A stretch of 63,995 bases of DNA, the filler included, from Folioceros fuciformis (taxonomy: Eukaryota): NCBI GenBank assembly GCA_049999805.1. It is 5 parts of 5 records of this genome, joined end to end, with 100 filler letters (N's around TTAATTAATTAA, not from the genome) between each part and the next. Parts side by side here need not be neighbours in the genome. Positions count along the whole stretch, not along the records: positions 1 to 20,860 come from JBNGIO010004583.1; positions 20,961 to 38,716 come from JBNGIO010004585.1; 3 more parts are not named here. One strand, given 5' to 3'. A model generated the notes under the pieces. It saw nothing but the letters and a program-made list of their open reading frames with translations, ran no database searches and was not told where the DNA came from. Both the position numbers and the translations under genes were made by a program. Positions 13,822 to 25,383 of this stretch are shown one piece after another (positions within the stretch are counted from its first letter, which is position 1; each line of letters opens with the position of its first letter).

Positions 13822-16800
13822 TTGTTTGTTGAAGTTGAAAGTCTCATCTTCTTTGTTCGCGTCTTGCTGCTTTGTTCCCGATATTCAGAAGGAATCGACA
13901 TCGACTTCCGACTGTCTCCTGTACGTCTGAGTCTTCTGGATGGCATCCATACTCTGGAAAGCCCATTGCGAACCCAGTATCCTTTCACACCAGTGACTAG
14001 GAAAACAACACCTCTAAAGCAAAATGCGGATCTCACAATCTTGGATGGGGACTTTGATGATTCGGATGTAGAAGGAATTGCGAGTGGACATCGGGTACCA
14101 GGAGAGTCAACCGGGGAGCGCTTCCAGCCCAAAGCCAAAGGAGGGGATGTCATGGCCGTAGACGCTGTTAGGACGATGGGCACATCGTCGCGAAAAACAT
14201 ACAATCTGAAACCATCATCCGAGCCCTTGATTGAAGTTCCTGGAGATCATTGACGCAGCCGGAAGAAAAAAATCTCGACTATACTTGAGGAAAAGCGCTC
14301 TAAGATCCGCATTTCTGCAAATTACCGTAGACTATGTTGTGCAAAGCAGTGTCTTAGATCCTTAGGTAAACCAGGCTTTCGGGATTTGACATACTGATTT
14401 CTAAACCTGTGCAGGACAGAGCAAGAAATGTTTTTGCAGACCCTGTTTCATGTCAAGCGTACTTCAGATGGACGCTCGACAGCGGTGGCTTTTCTTATTG
14501 GATCTGTTAAGATACACTGTTGTCGGGACGCCTTTAAACGAGTTTTATGTATCGGTGCGAACAGGTACGAGGCAGCAAAAGAAAGAGCTTTGGATAACAT
14601 TATGTGGGTGGGCTCTGTCCATGCAGAAAAGCGCACCCGGGACCACGCTATGGCTGCATGTGTTTAGATGGATCAATTATTTTGCCTCTTTGCAGAACGC
14701 ATGCCAAACATTGAAGTGTACCATCTTCCTGACTCGTACACAAAAGAGGAAATTTTTATGGAGTACAAGCAGCAAATGCAACGGGCGGAACAGTACAGTG
14801 TCTTATACCTGTCAATTGTGGGCTTCACATTTCTACAAGGTGCGAACTCCAAAGACCAACAGGTTTTCGCTCTATACAACCTGCGATTACCTGAAAAGGA
14901 ACATCAGAGCCGAGTCTGATAAGAAGAAACAAGGTATGTGACCGCGTTTTTTCAGTTACGTTTCATGTAGGCATTTGAAGTGCGCCGGTCGACCGGCGCC
15001 CTTTGCTCCATCCTTCCCTGATAAGTGCACCGATTGACCGGCGCACTTTTTCTTCCCATTGATGTTGAGAGTGCGCCGGTAGACCGGCGCACTCCCCCTA
15101 TTTCGTATCCTTCAGTTTTTCTTGTGACTGCGCATTGCTGGGTGTGCGCCGAATATACCGGCGCACTGCTTCCACTCCTTCTCACAAAATGTAGGGATTG
15201 ACTGCTCTGTTGAAGGTGTGTGCTGGTCTACCGGTGCACACCCACCAGTTCACACACTTTTTCCTTATTCTTATGTGTAGGTCTTTGCTATTTTTTGTAG
15301 AGGGCTTTAAATCTGACTTGAAGCTCCATCAAAATAGACTGAAGGCAGAGCGTGAGAAGAGTATCAAACATCGGTTCAAATGTTATAGCGACCCCAGAAA
15401 GTACATTGGAATATCAGTGGGTGGTATGGATCAACCGAAGACTCAGTTGCCTTATTTCGTACGAGTACCCAAAGATTTGGCGGATGTTGGCCTCATTGAT
15501 GTCCATGTAGTAAGGTGTATAGTATACAACAAGACTTTGACACCAAAGCTCTTCATCGAGTTCGGCAACATTCGAAAAAATGGGAACTTAAAAATATCAA
15601 TTATTCAGGGCGTGATTCACGCGTACGAAGGCTTGCTTCCCGGAGTGCTATATTTGCAGCTAGACAACACGGCACGGGAGAACAAAAACGCGTTGCTATT
15701 TTCTTATTTCAATATGTTAGTGGAATAGCGGGTTTTTTTTAAGATAAAAGTCGGATTCCTACTAGTAGGGCACACGCATGACTAGGTTGATCAGATGTTT
15801 TCTAGGTTTTCAACGGCACTCGGTTGGAAGGAAGCTTTGACTTTACCAAAAATGATTGCAATTATGCAGAGCGCGTATACCCCCATGCCAGACGTTCAAG
15901 AGGTGAACGAGGTTCCAGACTTCAGAAAGTTTGTTTGGCCTATACCCTATGGGAAAGCAGGATATCAGAGTGTTGCAGCGGTTAATCAGCTGCATAACAT
16001 ATCGTTTCAACACCAATTTAAGGTCACAAAAGAGAGTCGCGGAGATCGTGGACCTGGTACAATTACAGGAGGAAAACAATATTCTACTGATCAATATTGG
16101 TCGCCTGATGAAGATATAGAACTCCTGAAAGTAGTTCTGGAGAGGAATATGAAAGCCGCTCCACTGATGCATCTGCAGGTGAGAAGTAGGAAACAAAAGA
16201 GTATTACGGACAATGTGCCAGGATATAATCTATTGCAGATTCGATCAAGATTGGAGTTCAAATTACGCCAGCACTTAGATCTGGGCGAAGACATTTGGTG
16301 GGATTCATTTTGGGCCAAGCAAGAGGCCATCGTTCAAATTATTAATTCGGGTGTAGAGCAAGACCTTGAGTGGCCATGGTGATGGTATAATCGTGACGAG
16401 GCAGAGTTGTTAAACACCCCGTTACTCGTGCCAGATGCTTTGGTATTGGAAAACCCACGGATACGAGAAGTTCCTAGAAGAGATATGTATGTGGGGCCAT
16501 ATAGAAGAGACGCACACGTTCGGAACGATGTTGACAGCTTTAGTGGAGATGTATCAAAGATCGAAGCAGGGCACATGATTGTTGTCCCATGCAAGACAGA
16601 CGTAGACAACAGGCCTTTTTGAATCGCCAAAGTGCTGGACACGCAGAAGGAAAATGACACTCAAAATATCACAGTCCATTGGTGGGTCACGAAATGTTCA
16701 GATGCATTTGAAGGCCGATATCAAGAGGAGATGATATTGCCGAATGAAGACCCTACCATGGGTTCTAGACGAGGACGTAAGCGACGGCCAAGCAGAAGAC

Positions 16801-16985
16801 TTCGGAAGCATATTGACACAATATCTGTCGCGAACACTTTTATTTTAGCGTATGGATTTGAGTTGACTCGTAAAAAACAGCTGCACGCTCGCACTCGAAA
16901 CCTTATCAGAAAGAACTTGTACGTGCTTAGGCGAGATCAAGAAAACCGTGTAGATGAACTTGATGACGACCTCGCAGAAACTTAG
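13822..16985 (+). pseudogene. Sola1-like (DUF7869-type) DDD transposase, inactivated
   Basis: CCAKQC, CCRDAFKRVLCIG, AERMPN..YHLP, LWASHFYKVRTPKTNRFS..TC, then catalytic-type motifs ISVGGMDQPKT (DGMDQ-like, D>G), LYLQLDNTARENKN and FLLVGHTHD*VDQMFSRFS. A phase-1 intron at 14934-15300 restores KKKQ|EGFKSDL. Confidence 0.85.
14980..15239. repeat. Five copies of the 22-bp palindrome separated by unique 23/24/51/51-bp spacers
   Basis: Copies at 14980, 15025, 15071, 15144 (1-nt insertion) and 15218, all inside the transposase intron. Confidence 0.95.
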
Positions 16986-17217
16986 ACTATACCGGTTAAG
17001 TACTTTCATGTATACCACACTTCGTATATATGAACACTATTTGCAAAGAGCTGTGGTTGGCTATTCATAAGCACCCTTGTGGGGGTGCTCATAGAGAGCG
17101 GCTACTTCGGCTTAACTGTGCACTAGCCTAACCCTAACTCATTTTGAATAGTTGTGGTGCACTTTCCCCAGACCTGATCTAGGTGTTCACCAGCTACTCA
17201 TTGCTTCACCGGAAGGA

Positions 17218-17291
17218 GTGCGCCGGTAGACCGGCGCACTTCTGCTGTCTTCGCGCCGGTAGACCAGCGCACTCCTACCGTCCAGGGTTAA
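17218..17291. repeat. Subterminal palindrome pair plus putative right terminus/TTAA target site
   Basis: gtgcgccggtagaccggcgcac (17218) and tcgcgccggtagaccagcgcac (17251), then tcctaccgtccaggg-ttaa. Confidence 0.7.
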
Positions 17292-18639
17292 ATGAGCGTT
17301 ATTGAAAAAGCTTTAACATTTTACAGTTTCAAGTAATTCTGATTTCAAAAAATATCATTCCGTCTACATGCAGACGGTAGTGTTAGACCAACCATGGAAT
17401 TGGATAAGATCAAAAAGTTTTACTGTTGGTAACTCGTAATTTCGGCTAGTTTCTGGATAAACATGACGAACAGACAATTTGGCGTGATCGTTTTTCCGTA
17501 GATTTGGGGGTAATCCACACCAAATAGCATGATTTCTGGATATGTGCCACCAAAAATGACGCAGAAAATGACCCTTTTTTTTTTTTTTTTTTTTTCGACT
17601 GTTAGGTGCAGACCTTGTCGCAAAGTCTCCACATGAGCACCACCTAAAGTTTCCAAAGCAGTGTGAACAGGACATGCATCACATTGTCATTGGATCCCAT
17701 ATAGTGTACATCATCTAAGTATAATGAATTTGAATACGACCTCTAAAACATTACCTAAAGCATATAGTACAACATAGGATCCATAACTAAAAATAACAAG
17801 ATTAGTATTAAAAAAAAAAAAGGCGAAAGGCTGTCGAGTGTGGCTCCCTTCAAGTATGCTTTGTCTAGGTTGCAAGACATGTTTTGTCTAGGAAAGGACA
17901 AAAGGGCGAAGGAAAGAGAGCAAACCCAAGCTGCCCCAAGATCGAAGAATGGTTTCATCTTAACTATAACTGATCCTACACATAACAACACACAACATAC
18001 TTGCTTTTTTAGGGTGCTCGGCGCATGGTGCGCTACAACTCCGTCCGGTGCCCAATATATGCGGGTTGCAAATAGACTGAGGCCTGCTGCATTTTAAGTA
18101 GGCCCTGAAAGGACAGGAGACTGAGCCATTGAGAGGAGCAATGAAGAATGCTCATTAAGAGCTTATTAAGTTTGCATTAGCATTAAGGGACGAACTAAAC
18201 AACCCCTCTAAATTACATGAGCCTATGATTATGATATCTTACTAAACAACCCCTGTAAATGACATGAGCATATGATTATGATATCTTATCTCCTCACCAT
18301 CCATGGTTATAATTGCTTTCCTCGACTCTAAACAATCGTGGCACATCCAGCACGAATGAAATTCCATAATTGAGCATCTCGGCAAAGAGTTATGTTGTCC
18401 GTGCATTTTACATTCAATTCTAATGGAAACTATATAGTATCTTATCATTGCCCGCTCTTACACAAACATATCTATAAGATTGTCATCTTAATTAAGCTTT
18501 AAGTTCATAGGTGAGCACAAGATGGTTTAGGAGATCAGATTTGTTCACCTCTACAGTCTAGGAATTTGCAGATAGACTAACGCCTTACACAGTTGCGCGT
18601 GCAAGTGCGTACTCTGGATGTAGCTTGAGCTACGGATAA

Positions 18640-19275
<636 letters not shown>

Positions 19276-21041
19276 TGAGTGATATATGTTAAAGACATTT
19301 TCAAAGGCCAAGGGCCTTCAATGTGATTTATTTTAGGGCCCCAATGATCTATGTTTGACATACAAGAGATATAACTTATATCTCTTAAACCTATATACGT
19401 TAAAGGTATATTTTTTTTCCTTCTGCACTTTGGATTGTGCTCTTTGCTAGCTTTAGAAGGCTGACTTTGGATGCGAGGGGGTGGTTTAGAAGGTGTTATG
19501 CTTGCATCCACCCATCTTCTGCTCGCGCTCGGAGATTTGGAGGCTTCAATAGTTGCATGCACATACATTGGGAGACAAATTGCTACCGCATCACTGCACC
19601 TCAATGGCCTATGGTATACCTGCCTACATGTGTGGGACTGAAGATGGAGAGCATGGCGTGTTGTGCTACCAAAGCTGGGTGTAGAGTTGCTAGTGGTGTG
19701 CGTTTTGCTTTGCTTGTGTAAGGTGGCGCGCTTCCCGTGATCGCAGCTACAACCAGTTATGTTTGGCCTCTTGGATTTGTCCCCTTTGCTTGATGCTTGC
19801 AGCATGAGTCCCACCCCCTCTCGCATTCCCACTATTGGTCTCTACCCATTGAACTACTGATGGCCTTGCTTTGTTGCTTGCAAAACCGCTTGTTGCTGCT
19901 GAGCTGGATTTGTCCAAACCCCCCTTCCCCCATGTGACCAAGTGTCCTCTATGGAAATTGATGATGAATTATAAGCAATTGGAAAGGCATCAAGACATGA
20001 GGTGTACAAGATGGAGGAGATAGTGGCTGAGGAACAGTGAGTAGAGGCTTTGGCTACACAAGTTTTTGTACAAGGGGACCCTTCTTCTAGGGGTGCAAAG
20101 TATATACTTGCCGGTGGAGCAGATGAAGAAGATGCCATGCAATGCAATGAGCTTGCATTGCATGGCATCTTCTGGGGTTAGCAAGGTCGTGGATCCATAG
20201 CTTAGGGATGAGGTAGCTGTGAGCTCCATTTCATTCCTATCGGAGGGAGGGAAAGCTGAAGTTATCTATGGAGTCGTCTCGCTAGCCTAGATCCCTTCTA
20301 AAGTTGTTTTGCAGACGAACGGACAAGAGGCTCACACCCCCCACGTTGCTAGGCATCAACCCTATCCAGCTATACAAGGCGATCCAATTGGTGATGGCAA
20401 GCAAGCTGGTGGTGACTGTGAGGAGTTGGAGGGCACGAAGTGCAAAGGTTTCAAGCAATACGACCAACATAGTGTTTGAAGAGCCCATAAATCAACCCGG
20501 CTCGCCAACTCTACTAGGGCATATGAGACAGATCCAAGCTCAACCTTAGTAGGCACCTTAGCAAGGCAAGAGAAGCGAGAGTTCTCGTTTTCAGCAAAGA
20601 TGTCTCAAGTCGGGCCTCAAGCCTTCAACAAGGATAGTGCCATGCACTCATTGACTTTGCAATATGCAAAATTACAAATGGTCCTTCGATTTTGAAGGCT
20701 CTCTACGATGCGGTGTAACTGTTAGGGTTTTGTTACCTTAAGTAGTTATAGCCCCTTTCACTCGTTATTTATCCTGTGGACTGTTTTATCAGCCATAGAT
20801 GCCTTTTCATTTTTAGGGTTTCTAGGGATATATAAATAGGCTCTTAATGGAGAGATAATANNNNNNNNNNNNNNNNNNNNNNNNNNNNNNNNNNNNNNNN
20901 NNNNTTAATTAATTAANNNNNNNNNNNNNNNNNNNNNNNNNNNNNNNNNNNNNNNNNNNNATCACAATCAGTAATAGGACTATATCTAGCACTGAACATC
21001 AAAAAACCACCATCGATGCGGTGAACATCGGTAAAACCCAC

Positions 21042-21782
21042 CCGATACAGCTCTTCTAGGCTGCATGACACAGGCTGCTTCAAGTGAATGGCTGTCACAG
21101 CCTCCTTAATCTTGAGCCAAGTAATGTCTTCAAAATTGCTTGGTAATTTTGGCTTATCTGTGGAAAACGTGATACAGTTTAAAACGTGTACTAATCCTCC
21201 TCTCTTCAACTGCGCAGGCCTCATGGAGATGAGGACAAGCTTAAACAATCAAAAGAATAGCAGCAAGACACAACCACAGCTGTATCAAGCATGATAATCA
21301 AGCACCGCGTGAAGCAGTACGCTTCCATGCCATAGCCCCAACAAGAGGCCAGCACAAGAGCGAAACCGCAACCCGGACACAAGTCCAGGTTCCTGGCAGT
21401 AAAGTGAGGTCGTAGCAGCTACAGCATCACTTCAACCTAATGTCTCACCAGGAACGAGGGCAGACAGATGCACACCTTTAAAGGGCTTGATCACCAACTT
21501 TTTGACCGGCTGCGGGGGAGTGGCCTTCTTCCGGGACAAGTTAGCGGTGGTGCCAGAGCCGACGGTGGCACTCCCCAGGCCAACCGCGGTTGCCGTGGTT
21601 GCCATGACTCCACCCTCCGTCTTTAGGTCAATAAGCATGAGGTCTTGGTCATCCCCAATATGCGCAATCCCATTCTTGTCGTAAGGATCAACCGGCTGCT
21701 GCTTGGGCTTCTTTGTCGCGGAAAACATGACTGAACTCGGACTCCCGCTGCTACTGCTGCTCAGCCTCTTTTTCTGCGACAT
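21042..21782 (-). CDS. CUL4: Cullin-4, first two exons only (rest lost at the assembly join)
   Basis: ANLSRKKATPPQPVKKLVIKPFK | DKPKLPSNFEDITWLKIKEAVTAIHLKQPVSCSLEELYR. Exons 21782-21476 and 21157-21042. Confidence 0.92.
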
Positions 21783-23228
21783 CAATTAAGTTAGACGGGA
21801 GCGAAAATGCAAGCGGCTTCCAGAGCCGTGTCCAGCCGTGCGTTCGGTTCCTCGCATCTCCGCTGAAGCTGCCGGGCATTCACCTGTCCCGCCACAGAGC
21901 CGTCAGTCAGGGGCCAATTTCCCCGTCATCTGGTAAATTACACGGCCCGCGCCAATTCCATGGCCCTGCAGCCAGGATCCACGCCGAATTCACGTCCCTG
22001 GCCTGGCTGCCCGTGCCCGGATCGACAGTCCCGCTCTATCCTGGCTTCGCAGCACAGCTGCCGCAGTAGGCTTGGGCATCCCCGGCGCAGAGCACAGCCG
22101 CGCACTGCACCTGCGTGAAATTCAAACTGGAGGGAAGCACCGCATGCCCCCGGATGCGGCAGGCGGCGGAACAGGCGAGATCTGCGTGCCGGTCTTGCAC
22201 TGGGATTGTGGCAGCCTCTGGATGCGTGAGCGCGCACGTCCTGTGGCTGGCCCTAGCAGGAGCCAAGAGAGAGAAGGCAGAAGACCGGGGCCAAGACAAG
22301 TCGAGTCCGAAGGAGCTGCCGCTGCTACTGCGCCTGCTCCAGTGGCGAGCCGACGCTGTGTTGTGTGTTTGTGTGGGCGTGTATGTGTGGCTCAGAGCCC
22401 GGCACCTTGCAAACACGCTCAAACTAGAGCTGCCTAGTCTCGTCACATGTTTTGAGGCTTGAGAGAATCAAACCCTCACATTCCTTCTCACTTTCTCACT
22501 CGCCACTTAATTCCCGTCAACTTTCCCCGGTGCCGTAAACTTTAAAGTGGGCTTTCGGGGATATACAGCTCCACGGACAGGCATGACATCACACCGCGGT
22601 TTGATTCGCATATAGCCTAGCGAGGTCCTTAGACTAATGTGGTTTATTTAGTCACTTTCCGAGGGCTATATAATGACTTTGGCACAAGAAGATTAATAAT
22701 TTTTACAAGCATCTTTCTTCTAAGCAGAGCAAAGGAGGACGCATCGTAGAGATGTCTATGGTTGGACGGAGGGATCAGAGATAACCTCTCCCATTCCATT
22801 GATGAGGAGGTTTTTGAAGTCATTGCACAAAGGTTAGTCTTCTAGTGTGGTCTTAGATCATTTTAGTGCAACTAAGTTTCACTGATTGTTGTTGTCTTGT
22901 GCATTCTGCAAATGATTTTATACTTTCAATCTTCCCTAGGCCCAAGTACCTACTCTTCTAACCTTGGCCAAGTACTCTTGTAACACAAATCTCATGAGCC
23001 ATGATAGGCCAAATCCCATGGCTGGAACACACCATGATGTTCGGGGGCTAAACTTGTAGAAGCTGCCCAGAAAGAGGACTCTGGAACCCATGTATTGGTT
23101 TCGACACGATGCCTTGACATGAACGTAGGTTTTGTCATGTTTTTCAAGCGCTGGCTACAAGAGTGAAGAGGGATTGAGCCAGACCCTTCAAAGTCTCACC
23201 CATCTCGTGGAAATGTTGTAAGGGATAC

Positions 23229-25288
23229 ATGGAGGCTCTCGTCAGATTCAGGTTCACGTGCCCAGAAGCACCGTGGGCACTTACCTGTCGTGAACTTTCT
23301 GCTGGGCATTTGCATTCAAGAAGATGCAGAGTTAGCATGACAGCAGCAGCTTCTGGCATCAGTAGGGAGTATGATGTCGTAATTGCAGGGGCTGGCATCA
23401 TAGGCCTCGCCATTGCCAACTCAATTCTTTTCAACACCAACTACTCTGTGGCCGTGGTGGATGCTGCGAGGCCGTGCGCGGGAGCTACTGGAGCTGGTGT
23501 GCTGCGTTTTGTCTTTCCGTGCTTTGTTTCAGAAATGCAGTCTCTGACGTTGAGTTGCAGCCAGGGCAGGGATACATCTGGCTAGGACACCGTCAGCCGG
23601 GCACCCCTGGCTGGGCTCTGGCTAGTCGAAGCAAACAGCTGTGGGAGCAGCTTGTAGCGGATTTGCATGCGTCTGGCTTGGACCCTCTTGATGCTGTCGG
23701 GTGGAGGAATACTGGTAACTGGAACGTTCTTGTAGTGAGCTGTTGGCGGTGTGAGGTTCATGATCAAGTGATTTGATCTCCGGGAACTTCCTGTCTGCCT
23801 ACTATGCAGTGCAAGAGGTGAGGTATCGTTAGCTCAGCTGTGAGCCTGCTGTTTTTTAGGGAGTCTGCTGGTAGCTTCAGCGCACGGGCAAGCTGAAGCT
23901 CTGAAGAAGTGTGTGGCATCCCTGCCATCTTTCGGAGTAGCGGCCCATTATTTGTCACCTTCCGAGGCACGTCAGGAGGAGCCTTCTCTCTGGGTGCCAG
24001 ATGACGGTGGAGCCGCACTGGTGCCTGGAGACAGCCAGTTAGACGCCCAGCTCACAGTGGATCTGCTCAGGCAGGTGAATTCTTCTCTCCCTGTCCGTAT
24101 CCTTCTCGCAATTCTGCTTCCATCTTCTCACAACCCTGCTGTCCACCAGAGGAATGCCTCTTTCAAAGGTTGTGGGCGCTACGAGGAAGTTTTCAATGAC
24201 CCTGTCGACCACCTCTTCCGGTAAGTCCGTGGTCTCTGGTTCCGAGCTGCATGGACGAGGATGCCCACCGTGTTATCGTTTCTTTCCTGCAGTTCTCCCC
24301 AAGATGGCAGCATACAGGGTCTCAGGACATCTCACAGACTTATGCTGTTTGCAAAGGAGAAGGTTGTGGTAGCCACGGGTGCATGGAGTCCCATCCTCAT
24401 GTCCAAATTGGCTAAGGACCACAACGCGCCTGTGGTTCCTCCTATCTTGCCCCGCAAAGTGAGGTTTCTCCTGCTCCTTCTTTCTTAGTGTTATGGGATT
24501 TGCATCTCTCAGTGCTGACTGGTGTCTCGCTGCAGGGTCACTTGCTGTTGCTCAAAGGCGTGCCCCATATCCACCTCAAGCATGCACTGATGGAGTTCGA
24601 GTACACATCGAACTATTCCTCTGGCGCCGCAAGCTCCAGTTTATCTTCGGCCACAGCTGCCGTGGCCATGACTGCTACCATGGGCCCCTCCGGTGATCTT
24701 CTCCTGGGTAGCAGCAGGGAGTTTAAAGGCTTTGACATCACTCCAGACAGAACTGTTGTGGAGAGAATGCTACAGCGGGTGGCAGAGTTTTTGCCAGCCT
24801 TGGCAGAGGTCTCCTTGGATGAAGCCTTTGATAAGGGGCGAGTAAGGATAGGCCTCCGTCCTTTCTGTGAGTTCCTCGCATTCCAGTGTTGGAAAATACA
24901 TGTGCAGCCTGCATCTGATCTGAATTTCATACGTCTCTTCTGTTCAGGTTGCATCTGATCTGGATCTCTCTGGACTCGTGTGCAGGCTCAGATGGCAGAC
25001 CAATTATAGGACCAGTCCCTGGCTTTCCAGGACTTCTCTTGGCTGCGGGGCATGAAGGATCGGGTCTCTGCATGGTAAGAAAAAGCAGACTATCCTGTTG
25101 ACATTCCATGGTTCGATCAAACAGCAGGCCGTGCCTAACCTGCTATGGCCCTCTCTGTTGTGTACGTGACGCAATGCCAGGCTCTTGGAACAGCAGAAGT
25201 GGTGGTGCAAATGATTGTAGGGCGTAAACCTTCGTTAGATCCACTCCCATACAGCCCAAGTGGACGTCTGGGATTGCCAGCGTCGTAG
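23229..25288 (+). CDS. FAD-dependent oxidoreductase, DAO/glycine oxidase family (multi-exon, probable organellar presequence)
   Basis: YDVVIAGAGIIG Rossmann motif, GATGAGQGYIW, VATGAWS, IGLRP, DGRPIIGP, LAAGHEGSGL. Stop at 25286-25288. Confidence 0.9.
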
Positions 25289-25383
25289 CAAACATTATTC
25301 CATATTTTCGGCGTCCTTCATGAGGGGTACGATAACTTGAGACTGGTGGAGGACACTAGCCTAGAGGAATATCCAGAGATGAG

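Larger units (their letters stand above)
8716..17291. mobile_element. Decayed Sola1-like DNA transposon carrying a ParB-like/DNA amino-methyltransferase cargo gene, an unknown ORF and palindromic repeats
   Basis: Transposase and cargo genes are divergent. The same 22-bp palindrome occurs at 8716, 10192-10490, 14980-15239 and 17218-17272. The right end reads ...CCAGGG|TTAA. The left terminus was not identified. Confidence 0.75.

Noticed and set aside
14980-15239. True CRISPR array
   Set aside because: Eukaryotic intron, no cas genes, irregular spacers (23-51 bp), degenerate repeats, and the same motif recurs at the element's ends. Kept as a TE-internal motif array instead.
8716-17272. Idea that the palindromes are protected from CpG decay
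   Set aside because: Some copies are perfect, but those at 8716, 10299, 10406, 15025, 15218 and 17251 carry C>T/G>A changes. No clear protection is visible.
19400-20860. Possible LINE/retroelement remnant
   Set aside because: It looks repeat-like, but no RT, endonuclease or gag motif was identifiable.
20905-20916. TTAATTAATTAA motif recurring four times
   Set aside because: Always centred in a 100-bp N gap. It is an artificial six-frame-stop linker, not biology.
21938-22462. ORFs upstream of CUL4
   Set aside because: GC-rich promoter/5'-UTR-like sequence with ORFs in several frames and no homology cues.
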